Source: Acidobacteriota bacterium (lineage in GTDB: Bacteria; Acidobacteriota; Thermoanaerobaculia; Gp7-AA8). Taken from it: 64,000 nt of DNA. A model generated the notes under the pieces. It saw only the letters and a program-made list of their open reading frames with translations, was not told where the DNA came from and made no database searches. The position numbers were made by a program, and so were the translations under genes. Location: positions 384,001 through 448,000 of the forward strand of contig JAFATB010000022.1 of assembly GCA_019244185.1 (NCBI GenBank), given 5' to 3'. Shown here piece by piece: positions 1 to 9,596 of the stretch (the stretch's first letter is position 1; each line of letters opens with the position of its first letter).

Positions 1-2
1 TC

Positions 3-68
3 CCGGGAGGAGGTTTCTCGGCGGGAGGCGGCAGCTTCCGCGGTAAAGGAGCGACCGGTGGCTGGTGA
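3..68 (+). CDS. 3' end of a gene running in from the left; Gly-rich C-terminus (polymorphic-toxin tip or TPM-family tail)
   Basis: Frame 3 reads PGGGFSAGGGSFRGKGATGGW*, resembling the GGGSFGGGGAxGxW terminal motif; next to an RHS remnant. Confidence 0.5.
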   Translation, partial: PGGGFSAGGGSFRGKGATGGW

Positions 69-522
69 CCGCTCTAGTCCGCCGAGTGATAACGATCATC
101 GTATCGCCGTTTCGACTCGCGCAGATGGTCTGCCGCTGCTTTCACTCAGCCCGCCGATGAGGGTCCTGACCATTTCTGTGTTCGATAAGCAAACGAACGA
201 ATTGTTGTGGGCAGCCGTTCCTGAGGCGTTCGGATCTCATAGCGGCACAGTCATTGGCGGCGTCGCTAGACGCACCCCGACGCGGGGTCAGGACGGACCT
301 GAAGTGGGGTTTTACAATCAGGGCGCCGTCGATACCGAACTACTGCGGTCGACTGGAGTGGTCGTCAAGCAGATCCTGTACGGTATTCCGCCTGCAGGAT
401 TTCGACAGTTAGCGCCTCAGGGCGCGGCGGCTCCATCACTTCGCCCTGGTGAGTATCTCGTGGTTGTGGTCGGCGAATCCTCCGTGCGTCAGTTGTTCAC
501 TGTACCGTCAGGGGCGGTGTAA
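58..522 (+). CDS. Hypothetical protein, possible immunity protein
   Basis: 154-aa ORF overlapping the upstream stop, lower GC than the core; start codon uncertain. Confidence 0.45.
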   Translation: MAGDRSSPPSDNDHRIAVSTRADGLPLLSLSPPMRVLTISVFDKQTNELLWAAVPEAFGSHSGTVIGGVARRTPTRGQDGPEVGFYNQGAVDTELLRSTGVVVKQILYGIPPAGFRQLAPQGAAAPSLRPGEYLVVVVGESSVRQLFTVPSGAV

Positions 523-537
523 CGACAACATCCCCCG

Positions 538-1033
538 GTGGTATCGGTCGGGTGGGGGGCAGTATACTCGGCGTGTGCGATCTATGAGTATGCGTTCGAC
601 AATCCTCTGCGGTATGTAGACGCACGTGGGCTGAAATCTAGTCCGGGCTCATGCGGTCTCATGCGGTGTGGACTGCCCGGGAGGCACCTAGGCCGGTGTG
701 AGCCAAGCGTCGGTGGTGGTGTGCTATTCCGGAAATCGAAGAGCGGGGCCGCTTACTTCTGCACGTCATCGACGCGCCGGTGCAACTTTGAATTCACGTC
801 CACAACAGTCGGCTTGCAGGTTGGCGCTGCAGTCACTGAATTTCGGTGGTTACACGTGTTGCAAGTGCGCGGCCGATATCGCGGTGACGAACTTGCTAAG
901 CATAGGGCCCATTCAATTAACGCGGGCGGTGGCGACTGCACAGGGGCGGAGTCACGGTGAGCTACCCAGCGTTGGAGCGCTAACCGTCGTCGGTGCACTC
1001 TGCAACACCAAGGTGACAGGATGCATGTTCTGA
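538..1033 (+). pseudogene. Orphan RHS core-end/toxin-tip fragment, probably frameshifted
   Basis: YEYAFDNPLRYVDARGL (about 583-633) matches the RHS core terminus YxYxxNNPxxxxDPxG; a Cys-rich tip follows and appears to continue in the 698..1033 frame. Confidence 0.65.
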
Positions 1034-1376
1034 GGAAGCCGTGCCGTCACTTGTTTGGTCGAATCGGGATCGGCTTGGTCGCGACGTCACCGCTTTCCGT
1101 AATCGCCGTCGTGCTTGTAATCATCGTCTTCGGCATTCGATCAAGCACGATCCAAATTGGAACGATTGTGATCGTGCTTGCAACCACGAGCGTCATTATG
1201 CATTTAGCGGTGATCGGAACTTTCTATACCTCGTGCACAGCAATACCACTCTCAATTCGGCTGACAAGTCCCGCTGGACTTACATGCTTGTGATGTGGCT
1301 GCCGTTCGGCGCGCTGATGTACTGGTATCGGTTCGTATGGCCACTCGACAGGACCGCTGACTCTGAGGACGATTAA
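1021..1376 (+). pseudogene. Small membrane protein split by a frameshift (candidate immunity gene, PLDc_N-like C-terminus)
   Basis: Hydrophobic helices in ORF 1021..1293 join near 1220 to LYLVHSN...KSRWTYMLVMWLPFGALMYWY in the 1041..1376 frame. Confidence 0.5.
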
Positions 1377-1499
1377 CGGTGTCGTCGATCGCATGCGATC
1401 GACGCGGCTTAACGTCATGCTGAGGACAGTGAAAGATCGCACATCGTATTCATCCGCTCGCGCGACGTACGCGGCGGCCGCCGTCGTCAGAAGGGACTA

Positions 1500-2009
1500 A
1501 CTGGCCCCGCGCGATTCGACACGCTGCCCGCGCCGTTCCTGCTCCTCGCGAGCGCGATCGCCTTCATCGCCGCGTGGCGCCAGCCGGCCACGAAACGCAT
1601 CGAGCGGCTCCTCCCTCGCCGTGCTCGCTTCCTCGCGCTGCGTTACCAGCGCAACGTCGGGATGTTCGCGGTCGCGCGGCGGTTGCTCGCCGACCCTGAG
1701 CTCGCTGCGCTGTCGCGCGCGTGGAGCGAGCGCACGCGCCGGCTCGCGGGCGTCTTCACCGCAGTGGTGCTGCTGGCATCGTTCGTCACCTTCACCGCTC
1801 CGGGTCTCGGCATCAACCGCAAGAGATCGCCGTCGATGGGACGGAGTTCGCGGAACGCGCCGGCACCCGCGGTCACTGTTCAATCAGGCGCGCTTCGGCG
1901 GCTATCTAATTTTGGGCGTTGTATCCCCAGGTGGAAGTGCTCATCGACACACGCAACGAGGTTCGACCTTCACGGCGCGCAACACCACCGCCGGCTGCAC
2001 GACAGCTAG
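1500..2009 (+). pseudogene. Degraded membrane-protein gene remnant
   Basis: Pieces FLALRYQRNVGMFAV, LFNQARFGGYLI and YPQVEVLIDTRNEV lie in different frames and together resemble the FNxxxxGGYLxW..P...VxIDxR motif of a membrane-protein family. Confidence 0.5.
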
Positions 2010-2116
2010 CGCCGCCGCCCTCCGCCGCCGCATTAAACCCGTTCACCGATACGCCGCGAGGCGTGAATTGGACGAGGTCGTCCACCTTCGGCCAGGGCCG
2101 GAGCTTATTGTTGCGA

Positions 2117-4192
2117 TCAGGCCCGCAGCGTGACGCGCTCGCCGAACCGTTCCGTCACCGCTGACATCATCGCTTCCGTCGCCGCGTTGATCGTCTCACC
2201 GGTCAGCGACTCCTCGGGGAGGTAGTCGATCTCGAACGTCACGGCGCGCGCTCGTTGCGGGTCGTTCGGCAGCTCGTAGACGTCGACCATGCGGATCTCG
2301 CGGAGGAACGGCGGCGCGGCGGTGGCGAGGGCGTCGCGCACGTCCGCGGCGGTGATGCCGGCCGGGATGGCGTAGGCGACGTTGCGGACGATCGGCTGGC
2401 GCGTCGACGGCTCGCGGTAGACGCGCGGCACCGGCGGCGCCAGCAGCGCGTCGACGGAGAGCTCGAGGTAGACGGGTCGCTGTCGTTTGATATCAAAGCG
2501 TTGCAGCAGCGACGGGTGCACTTCGCCGAACACGCCGACGAGCTGCTCGCCGAGGCGGATGCCGGCGCGGCGGCCGGGGTGGAGGAAGCGCGCCATGCGG
2601 TGCGCGTCGCCGGCGCCGCGGCGGAGATCGACGCGCAGCTCGAGCCGCAGCTGCTCGAGGATGCCGGCGAAGTAGATCGCGTCGGCGGGGCGTCCCTTGT
2701 CGCCCCAGAACGGGCCGCGGTCGCGGCCGTTCGCGAGCAGCCAGAGCACGGCTTCCTCGCGGCAGACGCCGTTCTCCGCCGACGGATCGGGGAGGAAGAG
2801 CCGCGCCCATTCGTACATCTTGAGATTGGCGGTCTTCAGATTGACGTTTGTCGCCAGCGCGTTCAGCGCCTGGGCGATGGTGTTGTTGCGGAGGAGCGAG
2901 TAGTCCTTCTCGATCGAGTTCTGCGTCTCGACGTGGTCCCACAGCGGATCGCCTTCGGTGATGCCGAGGCGCTCGCGCATGCGGCGGGAGTAGAAGCTGT
3001 CGGTGAAGATCTCGTAGAAGCCTTCGCCGACGAGCACGTCGTTCGTGCGCGCGACGACGTTCTCCGCGTGCGACGGCAGCGCGCCCATGTCGACGCGCGG
3101 CAGCGTCACGCGCGTGGCGTCGTAGCCGACGGACTTGAGCAGTTCCTCGTAGAGATCGTTTTCGAACTGCACGTCCCAGAGGCGGTGCGGCGGGACGATG
3201 ACGGAGAGCACGTCGTCGTTCGTGTACTCGACGGCGAAGCCGTACCTCGTCAACCTGTTGACCATCTCGGCGGCGGGCAGGTCCGCGCCGATGAAGCGCT
3301 GGGCCGGCGCGACGCGCAGCTCGATGGTGCGGCGCGGATTCGTCCAGGCGCCGGCGGTGAACGTGTCGCCGACGCGGTAGCCGCAGTGCGTCTCGAGCAG
3401 ATACGCGACGCGCGCGGCGCCGAAGAGCGGCAGCGTCGGATCGCCGCCGCGCATGAAGCGCGCGGCCGCGTCGGTGGGCTGATCGAGCTTACGGCTGGCG
3501 ATGCGCACCGCGACCGGATCGAACGTCGCAGACTCGAGGAGGATTCGCCGCGTCTGGTCGGTGACGGACGATTCGACGCAGCCGATCACGCCGGCGATGC
3601 CGAGGATCTTCTCGTCATCGGCGATGACCAGCGTGCCTTCAGGGATCTCGACCGGTTTCTCGGTGAAGAGCATCCACGCCTGTTCGCCGGCGCGCGAGAG
3701 GCGCACGGTGACGGCGCCGCGGATCGTGTCGGCGTCGAACGCGTGCGTCGGCTGGCCGAGGTCGAGGTTCGTGAGGTTCGAGGCATCGACCGGCGGCAGC
3801 GTCGAGTGGATGTCGCCGGCGAGCATCGGCGCGAGCACCTCGCGCGGCAGCGCCGCGTTGCCCTCGCCGCGAAAGAACTCCGTCAGCGTGTACACGAGGC
3901 AGAGCGGCGACTCGATCCGCACCTGCGCGTCGGTGGCCGGTATTGGATTCAGCGCGCGCGCCTGCGGCAAACGCAGCGGGCTGCCGGTGCGTCCCGACGC
4001 CTCGCGCGCGATGCCGGAATAGGCGTAGTGATCGCCGCGATTCGCCAGGAGCTCGACGTTGAACACCGTGCCGAACTCCGTCGCGTCGCTGGTTTTGACT
4101 TCGATGCCGACGTCGTCGAGCAGTTCGCGCGCCGCGTGCGGACGCTCAGGGAGATCGGTGAACGTTCGCAGATGCTCGAGGAGAACCTTCAC
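2117..4192 (-). CDS. pheT: Phenylalanine--tRNA ligase beta subunit (short form, no B2 OB-fold)
   Basis: NRGD, GQPTHAFD, ILLESATFDP, FGEVHP motifs and FDX-ACB-like tail; GTG start overlaps the pheS stop (GTGA); 691 aa. Confidence 0.9.
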   Translation of the reverse strand: MKVLLEHLRTFTDLPERPHAARELLDDVGIEVKTSDATEFGTVFNVELLANRGDHYAYSGIAREASGRTGSPLRLPQARALNPIPATDAQVRIESPLCLVYTLTEFFRGEGNAALPREVLAPMLAGDIHSTLPPVDASNLTNLDLGQPTHAFDADTIRGAVTVRLSRAGEQAWMLFTEKPVEIPEGTLVIADDEKILGIAGVIGCVESSVTDQTRRILLESATFDPVAVRIASRKLDQPTDAAARFMRGGDPTLPLFGAARVAYLLETHCGYRVGDTFTAGAWTNPRRTIELRVAPAQRFIGADLPAAEMVNRLTRYGFAVEYTNDDVLSVIVPPHRLWDVQFENDLYEELLKSVGYDATRVTLPRVDMGALPSHAENVVARTNDVLVGEGFYEIFTDSFYSRRMRERLGITEGDPLWDHVETQNSIEKDYSLLRNNTIAQALNALATNVNLKTANLKMYEWARLFLPDPSAENGVCREEAVLWLLANGRDRGPFWGDKGRPADAIYFAGILEQLRLELRVDLRRGAGDAHRMARFLHPGRRAGIRLGEQLVGVFGEVHPSLLQRFDIKRQRPVYLELSVDALLAPPVPRVYREPSTRQPIVRNVAYAIPAGITAADVRDALATAAPPFLREIRMVDVYELPNDPQRARAVTFEIDYLPEESLTGETINAATEAMMSAVTERFGERVTLRA

Positions 4193-5229
4193 ATTCCACC
4201 TCGATGGATCGCGCGATGAACGCGGAGGTCCTGTTCGTACAGCGGCTTGATCGCCGGGATGCCGGTGGCCTGCGCGGCGATGCGCGTCGTGCCGAGGCCG
4301 AAGGCGATGCCGGCGACTTTGGTGTGGTCGTAGCCGAACTCGAGGAAGACCTTCGGATGGATCATGCCGCTGCCGAGGATCGTGATCCAGCCGGCGCCGC
4401 GGCACGCGGGACAGTGTTCATCTTTCGCGAAACAGACCGCGCATTGGATGTCCATGCCGACGGACGGCTCGGTGTACGGGTAGTACTTCGGCTTGAAGCG
4501 GAACGCATGCTCTTCGCCATAGACCGACTTCGCGATCTCGAGCAGCGTGCCTTTGAGGTCGCCGAAGGTGAGCCCTTCCTCGACCCAGATGCCTTCGAAC
4601 TGATGGAACATCGCCAGGTGCGTGGCGTCGACGGCCTCGTTGCGGTAGACGCGGCCCGCGGCGACGACTTTGATCGGCAGCGGCGGTTTGCGCTGGAGGA
4701 CGCGCGCCTGCACGGTGGTGGTGTGCGAGCGGAGCAGGAGGTTGTTCGGCAGCCAGAACGTGTCCTGCATGTCGCGCGCGGGATGGTTCTCCGGGATATT
4801 GAGCGCATCGAAGTTGTAGTACGGCGAGTCGACCTCGGGACCTTCCTCGAGCGTGAAGCCGAGGCGGCGCATGACGGCCATGCACTTCGCGTGGACGTCG
4901 GTGAGCGGATGCGTCGCGCCGCGCTCCTGCGCGATGCCGGGCAGCGTGAGGTCCTGCCATTCGCTCTCGATCTGCTTCGCGATGGCTGCTTCGCCGATGT
5001 GCGCGAGCGCCTCGTCGAGCTCGCGCTCGATGTTCTGCTGCGCGTCGTTGATGTCTTTGGCGAAGCGCGGGCGCTCGTCCGCGGACATCGAGCCGAGCGA
5101 CTTGAGCGCCGTCTTCACGTAGCTCTTCTTGCCGAGGTAGCGCGTGCGCAGCTCCTGGATCGCCTCGGGCGACTGCGCCGCGGAGAGTTCGGAGCGGAAT
5201 TGAGCGAGATGAGTCGATGCGTCGTTCAT
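4189..5229 (-). CDS. pheS: Phenylalanine--tRNA ligase alpha subunit (divergent motifs)
   Basis: YLGKK, NFDALNIPENHPARDMQDTF, GRVYRNE, FHQFEG, PYTEPS, GIAFGLG. Confidence 0.95.
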   Translation of the reverse strand: MNDASTHLAQFRSELSAAQSPEAIQELRTRYLGKKSYVKTALKSLGSMSADERPRFAKDINDAQQNIERELDEALAHIGEAAIAKQIESEWQDLTLPGIAQERGATHPLTDVHAKCMAVMRRLGFTLEEGPEVDSPYYNFDALNIPENHPARDMQDTFWLPNNLLLRSHTTTVQARVLQRKPPLPIKVVAAGRVYRNEAVDATHLAMFHQFEGIWVEEGLTFGDLKGTLLEIAKSVYGEEHAFRFKPKYYPYTEPSVGMDIQCAVCFAKDEHCPACRGAGWITILGSGMIHPKVFLEFGYDHTKVAGIAFGLGTTRIAAQATGIPAIKPLYEQDLRVHRAIHRGGM

Positions 5230-5249
5230 GGTGCCCGAAAAGAGCGGTG

Positions 5250-5306
5250 ATTATACGACTCACGTCGTGCCGCGCCAGTACCGCCGAAACGCCGGGTGGG
5301 TATGAT
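5250..5306. promoter_or_regulatory. Divergent -10 boxes for pheS and the decarboxylase gene
   Basis: TATAAT on - strand at 5250-5255; TATGAT on + strand at 5301-5306; GGAGG before ATG 5355. Confidence 0.55.
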
Positions 5307-5354
5307 TTTCGTTCGCCAGAGCACTCCTAAATAGGACGTCCGAACGGAGGCTGC

Positions 5355-8027
5355 ATGGCTGGACATTGGTCAGGCGACGATTTGCGCCGCTTTCTCGAGG
5401 TGCGGCAGGAGTTCTTTCTCGACCCGATGGGAAGCAACAAGGCACGATTTCTCGAAGCCGCGCAGCTTCTCCAGCAAGCGTTGTTTGACTGGTATACGCA
5501 GCCGTCGCGAACGTTTGCAGGCATGTTGTCGTTCGTCACCGCTCATGCCGAAACGTGGTCGCAGATGCGCAAAGAGGAGCGTCGCACACTGATGCAACGC
5601 CGCTTCGCGTTGAACAACGCTGTCCCCGATACGCCTGCGGTCGAGAGCAGCGTTTCTGAAAATCAGTGGCAGCGGATTTTCGGATCGCTTGGGTTGGGAC
5701 TCGGGGACCCGGGCACATTCGACCGCTTTCTTGTGCAGCTGGACGAGGAAACCAATCCGAGCCTACGCATCAATCATCGTTACCTTGGCGAGCTTTTGCC
5801 GCACGACAACATGATCAGTTACCTGTCGTCGATGCTCGCGACGTTTCTCAATGAGAATGCGATCATCGGCAAGGCGTCGCCTTGCGTGACGCATATGGAG
5901 ATGGCGGCCGTGCGCTGGCTGCTCAATCTCGTCGGCTGGGATGGCCAGTTCCGCATCAACGGGCAGGCAACGCAGATTCCGCTGCAGCGTCTGCCGATTG
6001 CTCCGTCGCCGAATCAACATTTCCAACGCTGGGATGCGGAAGAGCCGACCGGCGCCATTGTGGCCGGCGGCACCATCGCGAACATCAGCGCGCTACTCGT
6101 CGCGCGGAACGCTGTCTTCGACTATCTCCTCGGCTTGCAGGGCGCCGTCCAGACGCTCGGTCCGGGCGTGGCCTGGGAGGCGATTCAAAAGGCGTGGGGC
6201 TACCGTCGGATGGTCGTCCTCACCTCGCTGGGAACGCATTACTCGGTCAAGAAAGCAGCATTGCAAGCTGGCATTCCGCCTGCCAATGTTATCGAAATCG
6301 CAGGCTCGCAAAACCCCTGGGTGCTGGATGTCGGCGCGTTCCGCGCCAAGATCGAAACCCTGCAGCCCAGCGATCTCGTGGTGGCCGTGGTGCTCATCGC
6401 CGGCAAGACCGAGACCGGCTATGTCGACGAGATTGGTGCGATTGCGAACGCGCTCGATGCCTATGCGGAACAGGACGAAAGCAGCCGAACCTTGCCGGCG
6501 TATCACACGATCGCGCCGCGTCTGCAGGAGCATTGGGACGCGATTTGCGGCCTGATTCAGGCCAATCTTTTGGACTCGGAAAAAGCCCTTCAGCAGATCA
6601 CAACGCTGCGGCAGGCGAATGCTGCCGCAAAATCGACCGCGACGCTCTATGCTGATCTGGCACTCGGCGGTCAGAACGAAGTGGTAGGGTCCCGGCACAA
6701 TCGCCTGTTTCTGCACGTTGATGCCGCTCATGGTGGTGGCTATCTGACCGTGCCGGAATTGCGCCATTCGGTGTTTTCCGGCATCGAGCATGCGGACACG
6801 ATTACGATCGACGGTCACAAGTCGTTTTATTGCTATTACCCGTGCGGCGGAGTATTGATCCGAACGACGCGATGGGCGCAGACGCTTACGACCGGTCACA
6901 GCGACTATATCAGCGAGGAAACGAATTACGAGGCGTATCCGGAAACAGCCGCGGTGTTCGAGCGGCTGCGCGGCGAGCAAAAGCAATTCGAGCAGGGAAA
7001 ATTGCGTCCGCTCAACCTTCAGATCCGGCAACGTCATCTCGACGAAATCGCCGCATGGCATTCGCTGGCGCGGCGTTCGCTCGGCGAAAGCCGATCGGAA
7101 CTGACGCATCAGCCCTTCAATCAGTACCTGGAGGGTTCCCGCGGCGCGCAGGGGATCATGCAGTTGTATTTCAATCTCGCGACGCTCGGATTGCGCGGCT
7201 ATCAGTCCATTCTCGAATGGACCTGTTTATTGCGCAGTCGATGCGAAGAAGCGATCTCTCTGGGAATGTCCGATCTCCGCCCAGTGACAGATCTTCCACT
7301 CCCGGCGAGCTTGTATGCGACGGACAAGAGTTGGGCGATTGCGACGGCGACGCTGCAGCCGGAAGACATCGGGCGGGACGTGCCGGAGGCGGTCGTGCCG
7401 ATCGCCGGTGGACGGTTTTTGCGACTGAGCGCGGGAAATTGTAACCAGGTGTTGCTCACGTACATCCCTGCGCATGAGGCCAAGCTGATCGTCTCCGCTG
7501 ACACGCAGTATTGGAGCGAGGAGATCGGTGGCCAGTCACGAATCCGAACCACAATGGAGTACCTGTGGCGGGTGAACGAACAGCTCTGGAATGAGCACGT
7601 CTATGCGAATCCGAATTTCACGTATTACGTGGGGCACACCGCACTCGAAATGAAGCTTCCGTATGCGTTGGTCAAAGATGACGATGAGCCGCGCAAGAAG
7701 GAGTTCGTGAAGATGCTGGCGGCGTGGAATGCATGGAGTCGTTGGCCGGAAGCACGTGAAACAGGTTTCTTCCGCGCGCTTGCGGAGGCGGTGAAGGCGG
7801 ATGAACCGGTGCAAAAGCGAAAGAATGAACCGGAGAACTCGCACAGTCGAAAGCGCGTCCAGAGCGTCTTGAAGTTCTTCTGCCACAAGATCATCCTCAT
7901 GCATCCGTTCACCGACGAATCACTGGTTGGCGACATGCTGCGGCGAATGGCCTTCTGGGGAGAAATCAGCGTCCGCGATGTCCGCACAGCGGACGCGGCG
8001 GCGAAGGTGCTCCGCGGACTTCAGTGA
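5355..8027 (+). CDS. Oversized group II PLP-dependent decarboxylase-family protein (890 aa)
   Basis: GGTIAN, HYSVKKAA, AGKTETGYVD, LHVDAAHGG and TIDGHK (PLP lysine) motifs; large insertions; lower GC. Confidence 0.85.
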   Translation: MAGHWSGDDLRRFLEVRQEFFLDPMGSNKARFLEAAQLLQQALFDWYTQPSRTFAGMLSFVTAHAETWSQMRKEERRTLMQRRFALNNAVPDTPAVESSVSENQWQRIFGSLGLGLGDPGTFDRFLVQLDEETNPSLRINHRYLGELLPHDNMISYLSSMLATFLNENAIIGKASPCVTHMEMAAVRWLLNLVGWDGQFRINGQATQIPLQRLPIAPSPNQHFQRWDAEEPTGAIVAGGTIANISALLVARNAVFDYLLGLQGAVQTLGPGVAWEAIQKAWGYRRMVVLTSLGTHYSVKKAALQAGIPPANVIEIAGSQNPWVLDVGAFRAKIETLQPSDLVVAVVLIAGKTETGYVDEIGAIANALDAYAEQDESSRTLPAYHTIAPRLQEHWDAICGLIQANLLDSEKALQQITTLRQANAAAKSTATLYADLALGGQNEVVGSRHNRLFLHVDAAHGGGYLTVPELRHSVFSGIEHADTITIDGHKSFYCYYPCGGVLIRTTRWAQTLTTGHSDYISEETNYEAYPETAAVFERLRGEQKQFEQGKLRPLNLQIRQRHLDEIAAWHSLARRSLGESRSELTHQPFNQYLEGSRGAQGIMQLYFNLATLGLRGYQSILEWTCLLRSRCEEAISLGMSDLRPVTDLPLPASLYATDKSWAIATATLQPEDIGRDVPEAVVPIAGGRFLRLSAGNCNQVLLTYIPAHEAKLIVSADTQYWSEEIGGQSRIRTTMEYLWRVNEQLWNEHVYANPNFTYYVGHTALEMKLPYALVKDDDEPRKKEFVKMLAAWNAWSRWPEARETGFFRALAEAVKADEPVQKRKNEPENSHSRKRVQSVLKFFCHKIILMHPFTDESLVGDMLRRMAFWGEISVRDVRTADAAAKVLRGLQ

Positions 8028-8054
8028 CTTCGGTCGCTGTGGCAACTCGTCCGC

Positions 8055-9554
8055 TCACTCACCGGCCGCTTGCTCCTCTTCCGGCGTGAGCGGTTTCATC
8101 AGCGGGAACCACACCACGTCGCGCAGGTTCGGCGCGTCGGTGAGGAGCGCGACAAAGCGGTCGATGCCCATGCCCCAGCCGGAGATCGGCGGCATGCCGA
8201 ATTCCATCGCGGTGAGGTAGTCCTCGTCGACCGGCATCGCTTCATCATCTCCTTTTTTCCGCAGTTCCGCCTGATCCTCGAAGCGGCGGCGCTGGTCGAG
8301 CGGGTCGACGAGCTCGGAGTAGGCGTTGATGACTTCCCACGTGTCGACGACGAGCTGGAAGCGGTCGACGGCGGCGGGGTTCGCGTCGTTGCGGCGCGCG
8401 AGCGGGGAGAGGTCGACGGGATGGCCGACGATGAACGTCGGCTGGATGAGTTTCGGACGCGCGGTGCGCTTGTAGAGCTGGTCGATGAGACTGCCGCGGC
8501 CCGCGGTCGGATTGTCGAGGTCGACCTTCGCGGCGAAGATCGCGGCGCGGAGCGAGTCGGCGTCGGCGTGCGCGTCGATGTCGATGCCGCTGTTCTCGAG
8601 GATGACGTCGGCGAGCCGTTTGCGCGGCCACGGCTGCGCGAAGTCGATCGTGTGGCCGCCGCGCTCGATCTGCAGCGTGCCGACGGCTTCCTGGATGGCG
8701 TGACGGAGGAGGTCCTCCGTGAACGTCATGTTGTCCTCGTAGTTCCAGTACGCGGCGTAGTACTCCAGCATCGTGAATTCCTGGAGGTGCGACGCGGCGA
8801 GTCCCTCGTTGCGGAAGCAGCGCGCGAACTCGTAGACGCGGTCGTAGCCGCCGACGACGAGGCGCTTGAGGTACGTCTCCGGCGCGATGCGGAGGACGAC
8901 GTCCATGTCGAGGGCGTTGTGGTGCGAGAAGAACGGCCGCGCCAGCGCGCCCGACTGCTGCGTGTTGAGGATCGGCGTTTCGACCTCGACGAAGCCGCTG
9001 CGGTTGAGGAAGTCGCGGATCGCGTTGACGCTCTTCGTGCGGATGCGGAAGCGCTCGCGCGTCTCCTCGTTCGAGACGAGGTCGAGGTAGCGCTTGCGCC
9101 AGTTCGTCTCGACGTCCTTGACGCCCTGGTATTTGTTCGGCGGCGGCTGGAGCGTCTTGCCGAGCATGACCCAGTCGTGGACGCGGATGGTCAGCTCGCC
9201 TTTGTCGGTGTGGTACATCTCACCGTCGACGCCGAGGAAATCCCAGCGGTCGACGTACTTCGTGAAGAGCTCGTACTTGTGGCGGCTCTTTTCGGGATCG
9301 GCGTCGAGCTGATCGCGGATGAGCGCGAGCTGGATGTGCCCGTCGAAGTCTTCGAGCGTGGCGAAGGTGAGCTTGCCGAAGCGGCGGAGCTGACCGACGC
9401 GGCCGGCGGCGCGGACGTGCGTGCCGTCGGGGAGCGCCATGATCTCGCGGAGCGTATGCGTGCGCGCGAAGCGGTCGGGATGCACTTGCAGGCCTTCGCG
9501 CTCGAGGGCCGCGCGCTTCTCGATCCTGACCTCGCGTAAGGACTGTTCGGCCAT
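8055..9554 (-). CDS. lysS: Lysine--tRNA ligase (class II)
   Basis: RKRYLDL, EVETPIL, LRIAPETYLKRL, FRNEG, SPLARR, GMPPISGWGMGIDR; start taken at MAEQS. Confidence 0.95.
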   Translation of the reverse strand: MAEQSLREVRIEKRAALEREGLQVHPDRFARTHTLREIMALPDGTHVRAAGRVGQLRRFGKLTFATLEDFDGHIQLALIRDQLDADPEKSRHKYELFTKYVDRWDFLGVDGEMYHTDKGELTIRVHDWVMLGKTLQPPPNKYQGVKDVETNWRKRYLDLVSNEETRERFRIRTKSVNAIRDFLNRSGFVEVETPILNTQQSGALARPFFSHHNALDMDVVLRIAPETYLKRLVVGGYDRVYEFARCFRNEGLAASHLQEFTMLEYYAAYWNYEDNMTFTEDLLRHAIQEAVGTLQIERGGHTIDFAQPWPRKRLADVILENSGIDIDAHADADSLRAAIFAAKVDLDNPTAGRGSLIDQLYKRTARPKLIQPTFIVGHPVDLSPLARRNDANPAAVDRFQLVVDTWEVINAYSELVDPLDQRRRFEDQAELRKKGDDEAMPVDEDYLTAMEFGMPPISGWGMGIDRFVALLTDAPNLRDVVWFPLMKPLTPEEEQAAGE

Positions 9555-9596
9555 TGCGGTGCCGGAGGATAGCAGAGCGTGAATAATGGCGCGCGC

